From a virus, in the IMG/VR virus record IMGVR_UViG_3300025030_000050, positions 49,350 through 113,349 of that record: a stretch of DNA of 64,000 nucleotides; one strand, given 5' to 3'. Shown piece after piece: positions 28,147 through 37,554 of this stretch. The translations under genes were made by a program, and so were the position numbers. Below the pieces are notes generated by a model. It had not been told where the DNA came from. It searched no databases and saw nothing but the letters and a program-made list of their open reading frames with translations. Each line of letters begins with the position of its first letter. Within the stretch, counting starts at the first letter, position 1.

Positions 28147-28214
28147 ATGTGGAAGCTAAGACGGGAGATTTCTTAGCTTATCAACTTTAGTTTAAAACCA
28201 AAGCCTATCCACAC
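28147..28214 (-). ncRNA. Putative three-way-junction cis RNA element, copy C
   Basis: P1 GTGTGGA/TCCACAT, TA, P2 GGCTTTGGTT/AACTAAAGTT, GATA, P3 AGCTAAGA/TCTTAGCT. Confidence 0.55.
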
Positions 28215-28222
28215 TAATATTA

Positions 28223-29503
28223 TTAACTTCTTGAAGTAATTACAATAAACGGAGAAATTGTGTCAGAACTGGCCTCTGGAGGCACCAATGCCTGCGGCAT
28301 CCAGCTTTGACCAGCAACGTAAAAGCGCCACCGATATGCCATCTGATCAACGTCGAATTTTAGGTGCATAGAAGTGTCAAAACCAATACCACCATCACCA
28401 CTAAGCATACCGAGTAGATACTGTTTCATGTCAGCAAGAATCAAATCGCCAGCAGTGCCTAAAGCTTTTGCATGGTGGCTAAAAACAACAGGGAGCCCAA
28501 ACAACGTATTATACGGTTTCCCACTAGCCCCACCCGCTGGCATAAATACAGGGACACCAGCGGTGCCTACAGTTAGAGACATGCTTGCAAGCTGAGGAAG
28601 AGTATTGGGGTTGGCAATCCAAACAGCATTAGATGGATTAATGCAACGCGCATACATTTTAATAACATTTTCCCAAACAATGGTCGTAGCTGGTTGACCA
28701 GTCTCAGCAGTGATAGAGACAAGACAAGGGGCAGAGAGTAACCCCTGTGGCTGGCCAGCGCCAGTACCTTTAAGGATAACCCTGTTCATTTCATAATTAA
28801 AACCATCAGTAAACCCTTCACGCAATATATTCTCCATACTCATAGGAGAAAAGCGAAGAATTTCATCACTAGCATAGGCAAGAGCTGTTACTTTATGAAG
28901 ATTTAGATTAATATAACCAAACTTGATATTCTTTTCAGTAAGAGACCCTTCCTCTTCAGTCCATTGCCAAGCAACGTTACCATATACCAAGTTCCCAGAT
29001 TTATCGAAACCATTGACATAAGGAATTTTTACAGAATTTGACTGCATAGGAATTTGAGTACACCGACCCATCAACTCATTCTGTTCTTTAGCCGCAACAA
29101 GAAGGTTTTGCCGAAATTCTTCAGGAACCAGATAACCACCGGCTTCGCCGTCACCAACATTCTGAGAAGGAGAACCAGCAGCTTTAATGGTTGCACAATT
29201 ATCTTCCCATTTAGAAAGTTCTGGAGAGAGTTTACGATATCCAGACTGAGCAGCTTTAGCAACATCAGTTGCAAAGTGGGCAAGTGTTTTAAACCCAGCC
29301 TTCTTATCTTTTTCTGCTTCACTCTGACCAACCACAATACGTTTTTCAATCGGCTCTACTGCGGCTTTAATTTTTGCATCAATTTCAAGAGCAAGCGATT
29401 CTTTAAACTTAAGAACAGCGCCTTCAACTACGGAAGCAGCACCCTTGCTGATAACTTCATTAAGTTCATCAATAGTCATCTTACTTTTAGTTTCTTCAGC
29501 CAT
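28223..29503 (-). CDS. Major capsid protein, HK97 fold
   Basis: GGYLVPEEF, W..E, GTGAGQPQG, W..N, TLFGLPV, GD...D...Y. Confidence 0.97.
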   Translation of the reverse strand: MAEETKSKMTIDELNEVISKGAASVVEGAVLKFKESLALEIDAKIKAAVEPIEKRIVVGQSEAEKDKKAGFKTLAHFATDVAKAAQSGYRKLSPELSKWEDNCATIKAAGSPSQNVGDGEAGGYLVPEEFRQNLLVAAKEQNELMGRCTQIPMQSNSVKIPYVNGFDKSGNLVYGNVAWQWTEEEGSLTEKNIKFGYINLNLHKVTALAYASDEILRFSPMSMENILREGFTDGFNYEMNRVILKGTGAGQPQGLLSAPCLVSITAETGQPATTIVWENVIKMYARCINPSNAVWIANPNTLPQLASMSLTVGTAGVPVFMPAGGASGKPYNTLFGLPVVFSHHAKALGTAGDLILADMKQYLLGMLSGDGGIGFDTSMHLKFDVDQMAYRWRFYVAGQSWMPQALVPPEASSDTISPFIVITSRS

Positions 29504-29576
29504 TTTATTTTATCCTCCAAATTTTATTTTATGTTTAATAATCGCCTAATATCTCTTGTATGATATCTCTAGCAAT

Positions 29577-32042
29577 TTAATCCTCAAATTCAATTATACC
29601 CTTAGCTTTTTTAATTCTATCTTCCACTAAATCAGAAAGATCGATCTCATCAAATGTCTTTTTAACTTTATCAACAAATATATCTTTTATTTGAATAGCA
29701 TCAAAGTCAAATTCGACTTCTGATTTTTTAACCGGGATTTCTATTTCTATAAAATCAATGCTTTTTGTCTCTATATTATTGCCAATATCTTTTTTCTTAT
29801 CTACGTTCTTTAAATCTTGAATTAAGCATCTTTGCTCTTTCATTTGTTCTAAAGACTGAATTAGAGCTTCTTCAATACTAATTCCATCATCTTCAGCAAT
29901 CATTTTAGCAAATTCTACTAATTCTTTTAAATGAGCGCCAGAATATCCATCTGTTAATTTAGCAAACTCAGTTATAATATCCTTATCGGCATCTTTTATA
30001 AAAAACTTTAATAGTTTTATTCTGTTATCTTCATCTGGAAGTGAAAAATTTATAATATGATGAAACCTACCAGGCCTATCAATCAATGCGTCTGGAATAT
30101 CTTCTGGGAAATTTGAAGTTAAAATAGTTAGAACACCTTTATTTTCCCTTATCCCATCCATTTCAGTTTTTAACAAATCAACAGTATAGCCACTAAGCCA
30201 TGTATCAATATCTTCTAAAAAGAAAACACTAGGCGCAAGAGTTCTAGCCATTTCAAAGCCAATGCCTAAAGCACTAGCAGCTCCCCAGCCAAAATCTTTA
30301 GATGAAGCCCAGATAAAAGTCGTATCTGCTTTATTCATCAAAATCTTCCCAGTTAATGTTTTGCCCGTACCTGGGGAACCAATAAACATCATTCCACGAC
30401 TAGGAGACTTTGTAGATAATTTTTCAATATTCTTCTTAATTTTATCCTTTGCTTCATCATTTGGGAAAATGACATCATCCCATCCTATTTCCTTAACCTC
30501 AAGAAATTCTCCACCAATAGAAAATTTTTCACCTTTAAGATAATTATTCTCATCAACCCATTTTATAGCATCTCTGACAAACGATTTATTTAATTCAATA
30601 TTTTTATTAGAAGTAAAAATATCAATACTTAAACCACCCCAATTTTTATAAATTTGAAAAACAAACCTATCACCATCATTTGATTTATAAAATTGAGTTC
30701 CAGTTACTAAAAACTCTTCTTCTAATTTTGAATTCAATTTCACAACAGAATGCTGCAATGGGATTTCAGATCCATTACCATAAAAATTTCTTTGATCAAG
30801 GAGTTCATGCTTAGACAAAACATTCTTAAATGCAGAAAGAAAATTGCCTTTCATAGCATTCGGGATAAAAAAATCTGTAGTGAAAATATCTTTTATTTTA
30901 CACCCCAAATATTTCGTAAAAATTTTATATTCAAATCCTGCCGGTTCTGTCCTTACTTGAGTAATATCAAAATCATTGACATATTCTTTTTTTATTTTTT
31001 CTAAATCAACATTTTTTACTTTTAAAGAATTGAAAAATTTAATTCTTGCATCTATTACATCTGTTTCCTTTTTAATCTCTACTTCCTGTTTCTCTTTATT
31101 AAAATCATCCAATTCTTTTTCAATGATTATGTCTATGTCTATCTCTGATTCTGATTCTTTAACATCCTCTAATTCCTGATCTTTCTCAATTAAAGTTTCA
31201 TCAATATCCACATTATCGGAAATTAACTCCCCTTCCGGTTCATTAATAACGACAGTTTTTTCAATTATTTCTTTATCGGAATCTTTAGTTACGTCTTCAT
31301 TATTTTCTTTACTGCTAATAAATTCTATATCAACATACCAATTGCCCATTTTTTTGATATCTTCTTTTTCCTTACTTATGAAGTCATCACCAGCCAATAA
31401 TCCAAAAACTTCATCAGGGATATTTATTTCTTTAACTATTTCTTCTTTTTTCTTTTCTAAATCAACAAACCCAACAATTTTTGCTTTCTCATTATCTTGG
31501 TCAATTTCATTTACAAAATCAACAATAGATTTTGTAGTAATCTCTCCATTAGCCACTCTTTCTACTAATGCTGAGTAATGGTCCGGCACTACAACAGCTG
31601 ATATTTCCAAAAGTTCAACTTTTTTAAAAACCCTATCAGGGATTTTGCCGCCTCTAGTATATTTTTTTATTTCAACTTCATTCATATCATCTTTATATAA
31701 AATTTCTTTAGGAATAAAGCCTACAGAAAATGCATTCATAACTCCGCTAGAGTATAACTTGTAAAAAGTTTCTCCTTCTTCAGTTTCAGCAAACTTAACC
31801 TTGAATTTTAATCCCTGACCAGGATAGACTTTAGTCCAAGCTGCCCTACCAATAGGAGGTCTATCATATTTATGGAAAGCGGGGATGACAGGATTTTCTA
31901 TAAAATTTTCTAATTCCCAAGCATTATCATCAATTAAATCTCCACTTCTATCTATAGAATCTGATTTATTCGCATAAGCAACTACAGATTTTTCTACCTC
32001 ATTCACTTCTTTTTGAAAAATATTTTTAAATAACTTTTCCAT
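29577..32042 (-). CDS. HK97-type prohead protease fused to an AAA+ ATPase
   Basis: DRSGD, NPV..FH...PIG, AFSVGF, ELLEIS.V.VP; later GSPGTGKT, FFLEDID, TSN.P..I..ALIDRPGRF. Confidence 0.9.
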   Translation of the reverse strand: MEKLFKNIFQKEVNEVEKSVVAYANKSDSIDRSGDLIDDNAWELENFIENPVIPAFHKYDRPPIGRAAWTKVYPGQGLKFKVKFAETEEGETFYKLYSSGVMNAFSVGFIPKEILYKDDMNEVEIKKYTRGGKIPDRVFKKVELLEISAVVVPDHYSALVERVANGEITTKSIVDFVNEIDQDNEKAKIVGFVDLEKKKEEIVKEINIPDEVFGLLAGDDFISKEKEDIKKMGNWYVDIEFISSKENNEDVTKDSDKEIIEKTVVINEPEGELISDNVDIDETLIEKDQELEDVKESESEIDIDIIIEKELDDFNKEKQEVEIKKETDVIDARIKFFNSLKVKNVDLEKIKKEYVNDFDITQVRTEPAGFEYKIFTKYLGCKIKDIFTTDFFIPNAMKGNFLSAFKNVLSKHELLDQRNFYGNGSEIPLQHSVVKLNSKLEEEFLVTGTQFYKSNDGDRFVFQIYKNWGGLSIDIFTSNKNIELNKSFVRDAIKWVDENNYLKGEKFSIGGEFLEVKEIGWDDVIFPNDEAKDKIKKNIEKLSTKSPSRGMMFIGSPGTGKTLTGKILMNKADTTFIWASSKDFGWGAASALGIGFEMARTLAPSVFFLEDIDTWLSGYTVDLLKTEMDGIRENKGVLTILTSNFPEDIPDALIDRPGRFHHIINFSLPDEDNRIKLLKFFIKDADKDIITEFAKLTDGYSGAHLKELVEFAKMIAEDDGISIEEALIQSLEQMKEQRCLIQDLKNVDKKKDIGNNIETKSIDFIEIEIPVKKSEVEFDFDAIQIKDIFVDKVKKTFDEIDLSDLVEDRIKKAKGIIEFED
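29983..30010 (-). promoter_or_regulatory. sigma28/FliA-type promoter, intragenic, about 480 bp upstream of MCP
   Basis: TAAAGTTT-N12-GCCGATAA. Confidence 0.8.
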
Positions 32043-32880
32043 TATATAATCCCTCTAAAAAATCTTTTTTAAATTTATAAAATTGTTCCGGCGTAGTTAT
32101 TTTACCATATATTTTATGGAATAATTTATGTTCATCATTGTTTAATGTCACAACATTATTAATATCAAATAAAATATTTTTAAATTTTATCCAATTGTCT
32201 TTATTAATATTATTTTCTCTAATTATTGTTGACAAAGATTTTAAATGATGATGGATTAATTTGCTCCTATTATTTTTATTCAATATAATTGATTTATATT
32301 CATCTCTTTTAAAACACCTTTCTCTATTTTTAATATAACCAGAAGACTTCCTTATTAAATCTTGCAAAGATGTTAACCCGCCCTTCCATTGTGGACTATT
32401 TTCTTTAATATACTTACCAACCCTAGCACAATCTGTACATTTTTTAGAACAATATTTTCTTTTACTTCCACGCCTGTATAAATTCAGCATCCGTTTATTA
32501 AAAATTTTATATTCTTTGCCACAATATTCACAAATTAAAAATATTGTTGAGACATCTTTTTTATTATTATCATAACATATACGAGAACAATACTTTTGAT
32601 TAGATTTATTACTTTTGGGTTTATACGTCTTACCACAATATTCACAAATTTTATTTTCTATAAATATTTTATCGAAGGCATAACAATAATGAGAACAATA
32701 TTTCCTTCCATCTTTTATTTCAGAATTCCTTGCTTTATAGGCTATACCGCAATATCCACAAATAAGGCAAACACTATTATTTTTAATAGATTTTTTATTT
32801 TTACAAATAGAAGAACAATATTTTTTTCTTTTGATACTAGTTTCAAATTCTATAGAACAAAATTCACATTTTTTAATCAT
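32026..32880 (-). CDS. Zn-finger-repeat HNH endonuclease (HNH domain partly degenerate)
   Basis: Four CxxC...KYCSxxC repeats, NSPQWKGG, IHHH...N.VTL...H..FH. Confidence 0.82.
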   Translation of the reverse strand: MIKKCEFCSIEFETSIKRKKYCSSICKNKKSIKNNSVCLICGYCGIAYKARNSEIKDGRKYCSHYCYAFDKIFIENKICEYCGKTYKPKSNKSNQKYCSRICYDNNKKDVSTIFLICEYCGKEYKIFNKRMLNLYRRGSKRKYCSKKCTDCARVGKYIKENSPQWKGGLTSLQDLIRKSSGYIKNRERCFKRDEYKSIILNKNNRSKLIHHHLKSLSTIIRENNINKDNWIKFKNILFDINNVVTLNNDEHKLFHKIYGKITTPEQFYKFKKDFLEGLYNGKVI

Positions 32881-32896
32881 AATAAATTCTTCTCAT

Positions 32897-33106
32897 TCAA
32901 TCACACCAATAATTACATTGGATAAGAAATTTATTATCGCCAATTTTTTTTATTACAGAACCGTCATCAATCCCCATACATTTACATTCTTTGTTCGCTA
33001 TACATTTCAATTTAGTTTTATCATGATTATATCTTGGACAAAATTCATAATTTTCTGGGATTAGCTGATTTTTATTGTTTTGTACTGCACGAACAAGATT
33101 AATCAT
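32897..33106 (-). CDS. Small Cys-rich hypothetical protein
   Basis: Coupled ORF. Confidence 0.6.
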   Translation of the reverse strand: MINLVRAVQNNKNQLIPENYEFCPRYNHDKTKLKCIANKECKCMGIDDGSVIKKIGDNKFLIQCNYWCD

Positions 33107-33875
33107 GATATTCCTTTTTTAATTTTTCCAATGAATAGGTTTGGGTGTCAAATCTCCCTTCTTTAAATGAATCGAGTAAAACCAAGCCTTTCCAATATTC
33201 AGTAATTCTGCCGTGTACATAATCTTCATGTTTTTCAAAAAAACAACCTACACTTAATATTTGTTGTAAATCATCTTGCCCATGCCTTTTAAAACCTTCA
33301 TACTCCATACTGTGAACATGAGCAAAGACACAACTCGTAAACATTAATTGGCTAACTTTTTTTGTAATATTCACCCCACAAACTTCTTTTGTTTTATTAA
33401 ATGGAATATGTGTAAAATTTATTTTATTTATATTTAAATATTCTCTGTAAGGAATAAATTTTATATTCCTTTCTTTTAATTTTAGATCTTTTTCTATACT
33501 TACTAGACCTTCAAAAGTTGGATCATATTCTAAATATCTGTTGAGACGATTTCCATGATTACCGTTAAGATAATAAACATTTGGTCTATATATTTTTAAT
33601 TTTTGCAATCTTTGCTTTTCTTGTAATTCTAAAAGTTCATAAAATATAATATCTAAAGCTTCGTTCCCTTTATCTATTTCTTTTTTATATCTTTTACCTT
33701 CCATTCTTTGTCGTTTATCTTTATCAAAAAATGACAAACAACTCATTGTTAAAAAATCACCCATAAAAATAATAACATCTGGTTTTTTATCTATAATAAA
33801 TTTACTTAACAACTTAAACCTACTTAAATCATCAAGTTCATCTATATGACAATCACCTATTGGCAATATTAACAA
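33099..33875 (-). CDS. Calcineurin-like metallophosphoesterase
   Basis: GDCH, MGDF, GNH, TH, HVH motifs. Confidence 0.92.
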   Translation of the reverse strand: MLILPIGDCHIDELDDLSRFKLLSKFIIDKKPDVIIFMGDFLTMSCLSFFDKDKRQRMEGKRYKKEIDKGNEALDIIFYELLELQEKQRLQKLKIYRPNVYYLNGNHGNRLNRYLEYDPTFEGLVSIEKDLKLKERNIKFIPYREYLNINKINFTHIPFNKTKEVCGVNITKKVSQLMFTSCVFAHVHSMEYEGFKRHGQDDLQQILSVGCFFEKHEDYVHGRITEYWKGLVLLDSFKEGRFDTQTYSLEKLKKEYHD

Positions 33876-33946
33876 TTATTATCCTCTAATTAAATTATTA
33901 AAATAAAATCAGTTGCAAAAATGCGAATGCTATTGTTGCTGTCACC

Positions 33947-35803
33947 TTATTTAAACCTTACCGAACCTGCGCCTTCTTTAGACCTTACCGAACCAACAGA
34001 CTCAGTTGATGCCACAATGCTGAAACTCGCTTCCGTGCTTGTTGCGTTTGCGTTGCCAGAACCATCAATACACCTGATGTAATAAGTGTATGCCGCGTTG
34101 CAATCCAGGTTTACGAGGCTTGTGGTGTGTGTAGTTCCCCCGCCACCTGAGAAAGTAAAATCCATATCGGCGTAGGCTTCATCGGTAAGGCTTCCTTTGC
34201 AGGTGGCAGACTCATCTGTTGTCGCGCCAAGCACTTTGGTTGTTGGGTCCGAGGGGCAGGATAGTTCTCCGGTAAGCGTAACGCCAGAGATAACCGGCGG
34301 GTCAAGGTGTGTGATGGTGATAACCGGGCTCGCAACGATGGCTGCAGATCCGGTGAGGATTGAGGCCGGGATTGTTGCTGTTATCGTCTCATCTGCTGAG
34401 ACGTCATAAGCATCTACTTTTACAATTAGAGTTATCTGCGTATCACTGTTACGGATGCAGTCAGCGTACGTCCAGTTTGCTTCATCATCCCAACTGCCTG
34501 CCCCAGACAATGAGCCGTTGAAACCAGCCAGTAATGCGGTAGTGGCTGCGTTATCAGCACAAGCCGTCGCAATAAAGGTGTCGCCATCCAACGTGATGAT
34601 TATTGTCTGGTCATCTCCGGCAAGCTCTGTTTCAGTTACTCCGCCTGTTACGGCTGTGCCTGTGAGTGTTGCGTTTACCCCTAACATGGCAAAATATGTA
34701 GGCCCTATACGACTGCCATCAATAATAAAATCATCGACATAGTAGGCCATATCCAAGGCTTCCGAAATTTCTCTGATAAGAAACGAATGGTTGCCACCAA
34801 AGAAAAACTTATTATAATTGTAGTCCTGGCCTGCCTCAACTACAACTCCGTCTGTTTTTGTAAATATTTTTGTAACATTCCCTTCAGCATCGTACAACCA
34901 CATTTCAGAGACAGCATCGGCATTCCCTGCCGTTCCTGTGGTTTGATGGAATTCTATCCCAAACCACTGCTCATTGCCGATAGCTGTCCCCAAAAACGGC
35001 TTAATGCTATACGCAGTGCCTCCACCGTCTACGGCATCATATGCCTCGTACAGCAGGTCATTATTCCAGTCTGCATCATAAGCCGAATCGAGACGGAGGC
35101 CTGGTTTGAAAAATAACTCATACCCGTAGGTTGCTCCTGTTTTTATGTCCGGCAAATAATGTGATTGCCCATAAACCTGGCCTTGCCCATCTGCCTGAGC
35201 GTATTCGTCATATATTGAACTGGCTGAGTATGCCCCAGCCACAAGAGTGTTAAATTTGTAATAACTCCAATACCCGGTGAAATTTCCGCTTTCATCCCTG
35301 TAAGGGAAATGGTTGTAGGGCATCTTCACCATATAGAAAATATAAATGTCATCATAACCAGAATCTATGGTCCCTGATGTTGCATACCCATCACCAAGCG
35401 TGAAGTACAAGCCGAACCTGGAAGGTCCTTTGTGGTCAACCGTGCCTTGTTGGGATAGATCAAGCCGTAACGACTTACCTGTGCCCTGCCAAACATTTGC
35501 TGCCCCATGATTTGCAATCCAATCATAGGTGCTATCGGTGCTTGACTGGTAATAATACATGTTCCAGATTGAAGCTGAATTATCTGCTGATTTAGTTGGC
35601 AAATTATTAAAATAATACCCAACTCCTGTTGATGTTCCACTCCAGTCATTAAGCTGGTCGAAAGTCTCTACAATATCAAAACCGGCACCTTCAAGATCTG
35701 ACTGCCAATCAGCCACAGCCTGGACCGGCAAGGCCAATATGATGAAAAGCAAAAACTTAATAGCCACTTGCATTATACACCTTCCCGTTGTCAATATATC
35801 CAT
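33947..35803 (-). CDS. Secreted acidic multi-domain protein: lectin/lyase-like beta-sandwich plus Ig/FN3-like C-terminus (likely start 35773)
   Basis: Signal peptide MQVAIKFLLFIILALPVQAVA; W..IE.H...G..D....W and Y.DDFII pattern; YTYYIRCID..GN. Confidence 0.7.
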   Translation of the reverse strand: MDILTTGRCIMQVAIKFLLFIILALPVQAVADWQSDLEGAGFDIVETFDQLNDWSGTSTGVGYYFNNLPTKSADNSASIWNMYYYQSSTDSTYDWIANHGAANVWQGTGKSLRLDLSQQGTVDHKGPSRFGLYFTLGDGYATSGTIDSGYDDIYIFYMVKMPYNHFPYRDESGNFTGYWSYYKFNTLVAGAYSASSIYDEYAQADGQGQVYGQSHYLPDIKTGATYGYELFFKPGLRLDSAYDADWNNDLLYEAYDAVDGGGTAYSIKPFLGTAIGNEQWFGIEFHQTTGTAGNADAVSEMWLYDAEGNVTKIFTKTDGVVVEAGQDYNYNKFFFGGNHSFLIREISEALDMAYYVDDFIIDGSRIGPTYFAMLGVNATLTGTAVTGGVTETELAGDDQTIIITLDGDTFIATACADNAATTALLAGFNGSLSGAGSWDDEANWTYADCIRNSDTQITLIVKVDAYDVSADETITATIPASILTGSAAIVASPVITITHLDPPVISGVTLTGELSCPSDPTTKVLGATTDESATCKGSLTDEAYADMDFTFSGGGGTTHTTSLVNLDCNAAYTYYIRCIDGSGNANATSTEASFSIVASTESVGSVRSKEGAGSVRFK

Positions 35804-36527
35804 CAGAGGTTAAAACTGTAGCGCTAGCCCCGCCCCATGCAAACACGGTGTTAGAACCAGTAGACGCGGCAGGGTCGTTGTCTGCTTCCGCAGTAACACA
35901 GTTGGTTGTGCCGTCAGCGTCACAAGTTTTTACATACATGTCATTTCCTGCCGCCGTCTCTTCTATCCACCCAGCTTCAAAATAAAACCACTCGCCTTCC
36001 GCACGGCCACTGCTGGCAGGGATGTTTACTGTATCCGCTGTACCGCCCCCGGTATGTGTGAGCAAAAGAAGGATATCAGCGGCATCACCTAGCGATGCAA
36101 AAGACAAAAATACCCGGTTTGATGTATCCAAAACGTTGTACCATATGTACTGCGCATCAGCATACATCCCAGTGCCAACATAACACCTGCCAGAAATTTT
36201 CCCGTCTGAAACAAGATCAGTTGCAGTTGTAAACTCGGCCCTGGAGCTTGCCCCATCACCATGGATTGCTGATGCGCCGTCATAGAATTGATCGGTCGTT
36301 CTTGCTGCGCCACTCTGATAAGTGGGAGATGTATCTTCCGTCGAGCACCCGGCAGGAGTTCCGGTTGTTACGTCATCCGTCTCCATGTGCCAGGAGTGGA
36401 TCAGTGTCCCGGTACAGGAGTCTCCGGCAGTGGCAGTCTCATTTACATTGTTTTCCCCGCCCGGACCCCAGGCAAAGGCCTGAAACGGTGCGAGAAGAAG
36501 TGCAAGAAATAAAAACCGCTTTATCAT
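35757..36527 (-). CDS. Secreted LamG/concanavalin-like protein
   Basis: Signal peptide ending AFA; GEWFYFEAGW, GYIDN.KVY. Confidence 0.7.
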   Translation of the reverse strand: MIKRFLFLALLLAPFQAFAWGPGGENNVNETATAGDSCTGTLIHSWHMETDDVTTGTPAGCSTEDTSPTYQSGAARTTDQFYDGASAIHGDGASSRAEFTTATDLVSDGKISGRCYVGTGMYADAQYIWYNVLDTSNRVFLSFASLGDAADILLLLTHTGGGTADTVNIPASSGRAEGEWFYFEAGWIEETAAGNDMYVKTCDADGTTNCVTAEADNDPAASTGSNTVFAWGGASATVLTSDGYIDNGKVYNASGY

Positions 36528-37543
36528 GAAGCACCCCCATCAACCCAGGTTCCGCTGCGGCCATTGGTATTGGCCTTCGTGGTTGACCGGTTGTGGATGC
36601 AGATAAAATTCCCAGCTGCTCCGGGGCTGTCAAGTTCGTACCCAGCTCCGGCAAGAGCGGCACCATCCAGGTAAATTGTCATGCCGTCAGATTGAGGGTC
36701 AATCTTCACAACATTGGCACCGTCAGAATAGACACACCCTGAATAGTCAGCGATCGCCGGCCAGAGTATTGTTGTGGCCGCATTGATGTACCACCACGAT
36801 CCAGACTGAAGAGGACCGGGGGCAAGCTTCCATACGTCCCCATCGTCCCAGTTATTATCGGTTCCACCTGTCAAAGTACCGACCAAAGTCGTGCCTGCAT
36901 TATCTATAACCGGCGCGACTGACCCATCGGTTACGTTGTAAACCGTCATGCCTATGCAGCCGTCAACCGGCAGTGACTCGCTGGAATCGGTCATAAAAGC
37001 AGCATCGGCACCACCATCATGCACGCCCTCGGTGGTGGTCAAAGAAAAGCTTTTCGTATGGCCGTTGATTGTTCCGCTGCTTTCGACGACCATGTCATTA
37101 GAAAAAGAGACTGCGACATTTGAAAGATCCAGTGTTGCAAGTGCCTCAATCCAGCCCTGCACCTTCGTCGCCATGTAAGTTGCAAAGTCAGTCAGGGCAA
37201 CCTGCACCATCGTGCCGTTGTCGTTTACTACGGCCCGGTCAGCATCGACAAGCGTGGTGGCTGTTGCGGCTGTATCGCCATCAGATGTGGCTGTAAGCTC
37301 GGTTGCGGACGGTGTCATGTTGGTTATCCCAGACACGGTTAATGCAAACGGCGCATATACATCCTCGCCGATCAATGCCTGAATCTCTGCCGAGGTGTCC
37401 ACGGTTGGATCTTGCTCTGTTGCCGCGTTCGTGCCGCCCTTATTGGCGTCCTGATAGCCGTTGTTGTCAGCGTCAAGCTCAACCGCTAAGGCTTTCCAGG
37501 GAATCAGCAGAACAAGTGCCGCTATCAATAGAATTTTATTCAT
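36524..37543 (-). CDS. Secreted fibre-like acidic protein
   Basis: Signal peptide ending ALA; DGDT.AT.TTL.DADR.VVNDNGTMVQVA.TD segment resembling phage fibre proteins. Confidence 0.7.
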   Translation of the reverse strand: MNKILLIAALVLLIPWKALAVELDADNNGYQDANKGGTNAATEQDPTVDTSAEIQALIGEDVYAPFALTVSGITNMTPSATELTATSDGDTAATATTLVDADRAVVNDNGTMVQVALTDFATYMATKVQGWIEALATLDLSNVAVSFSNDMVVESSGTINGHTKSFSLTTTEGVHDGGADAAFMTDSSESLPVDGCIGMTVYNVTDGSVAPVIDNAGTTLVGTLTGGTDNNWDDGDVWKLAPGPLQSGSWWYINAATTILWPAIADYSGCVYSDGANVVKIDPQSDGMTIYLDGAALAGAGYELDSPGAAGNFICIHNRSTTKANTNGRSGTWVDGGAS

Positions 37544-37554
37544 TTGTCATCTCC

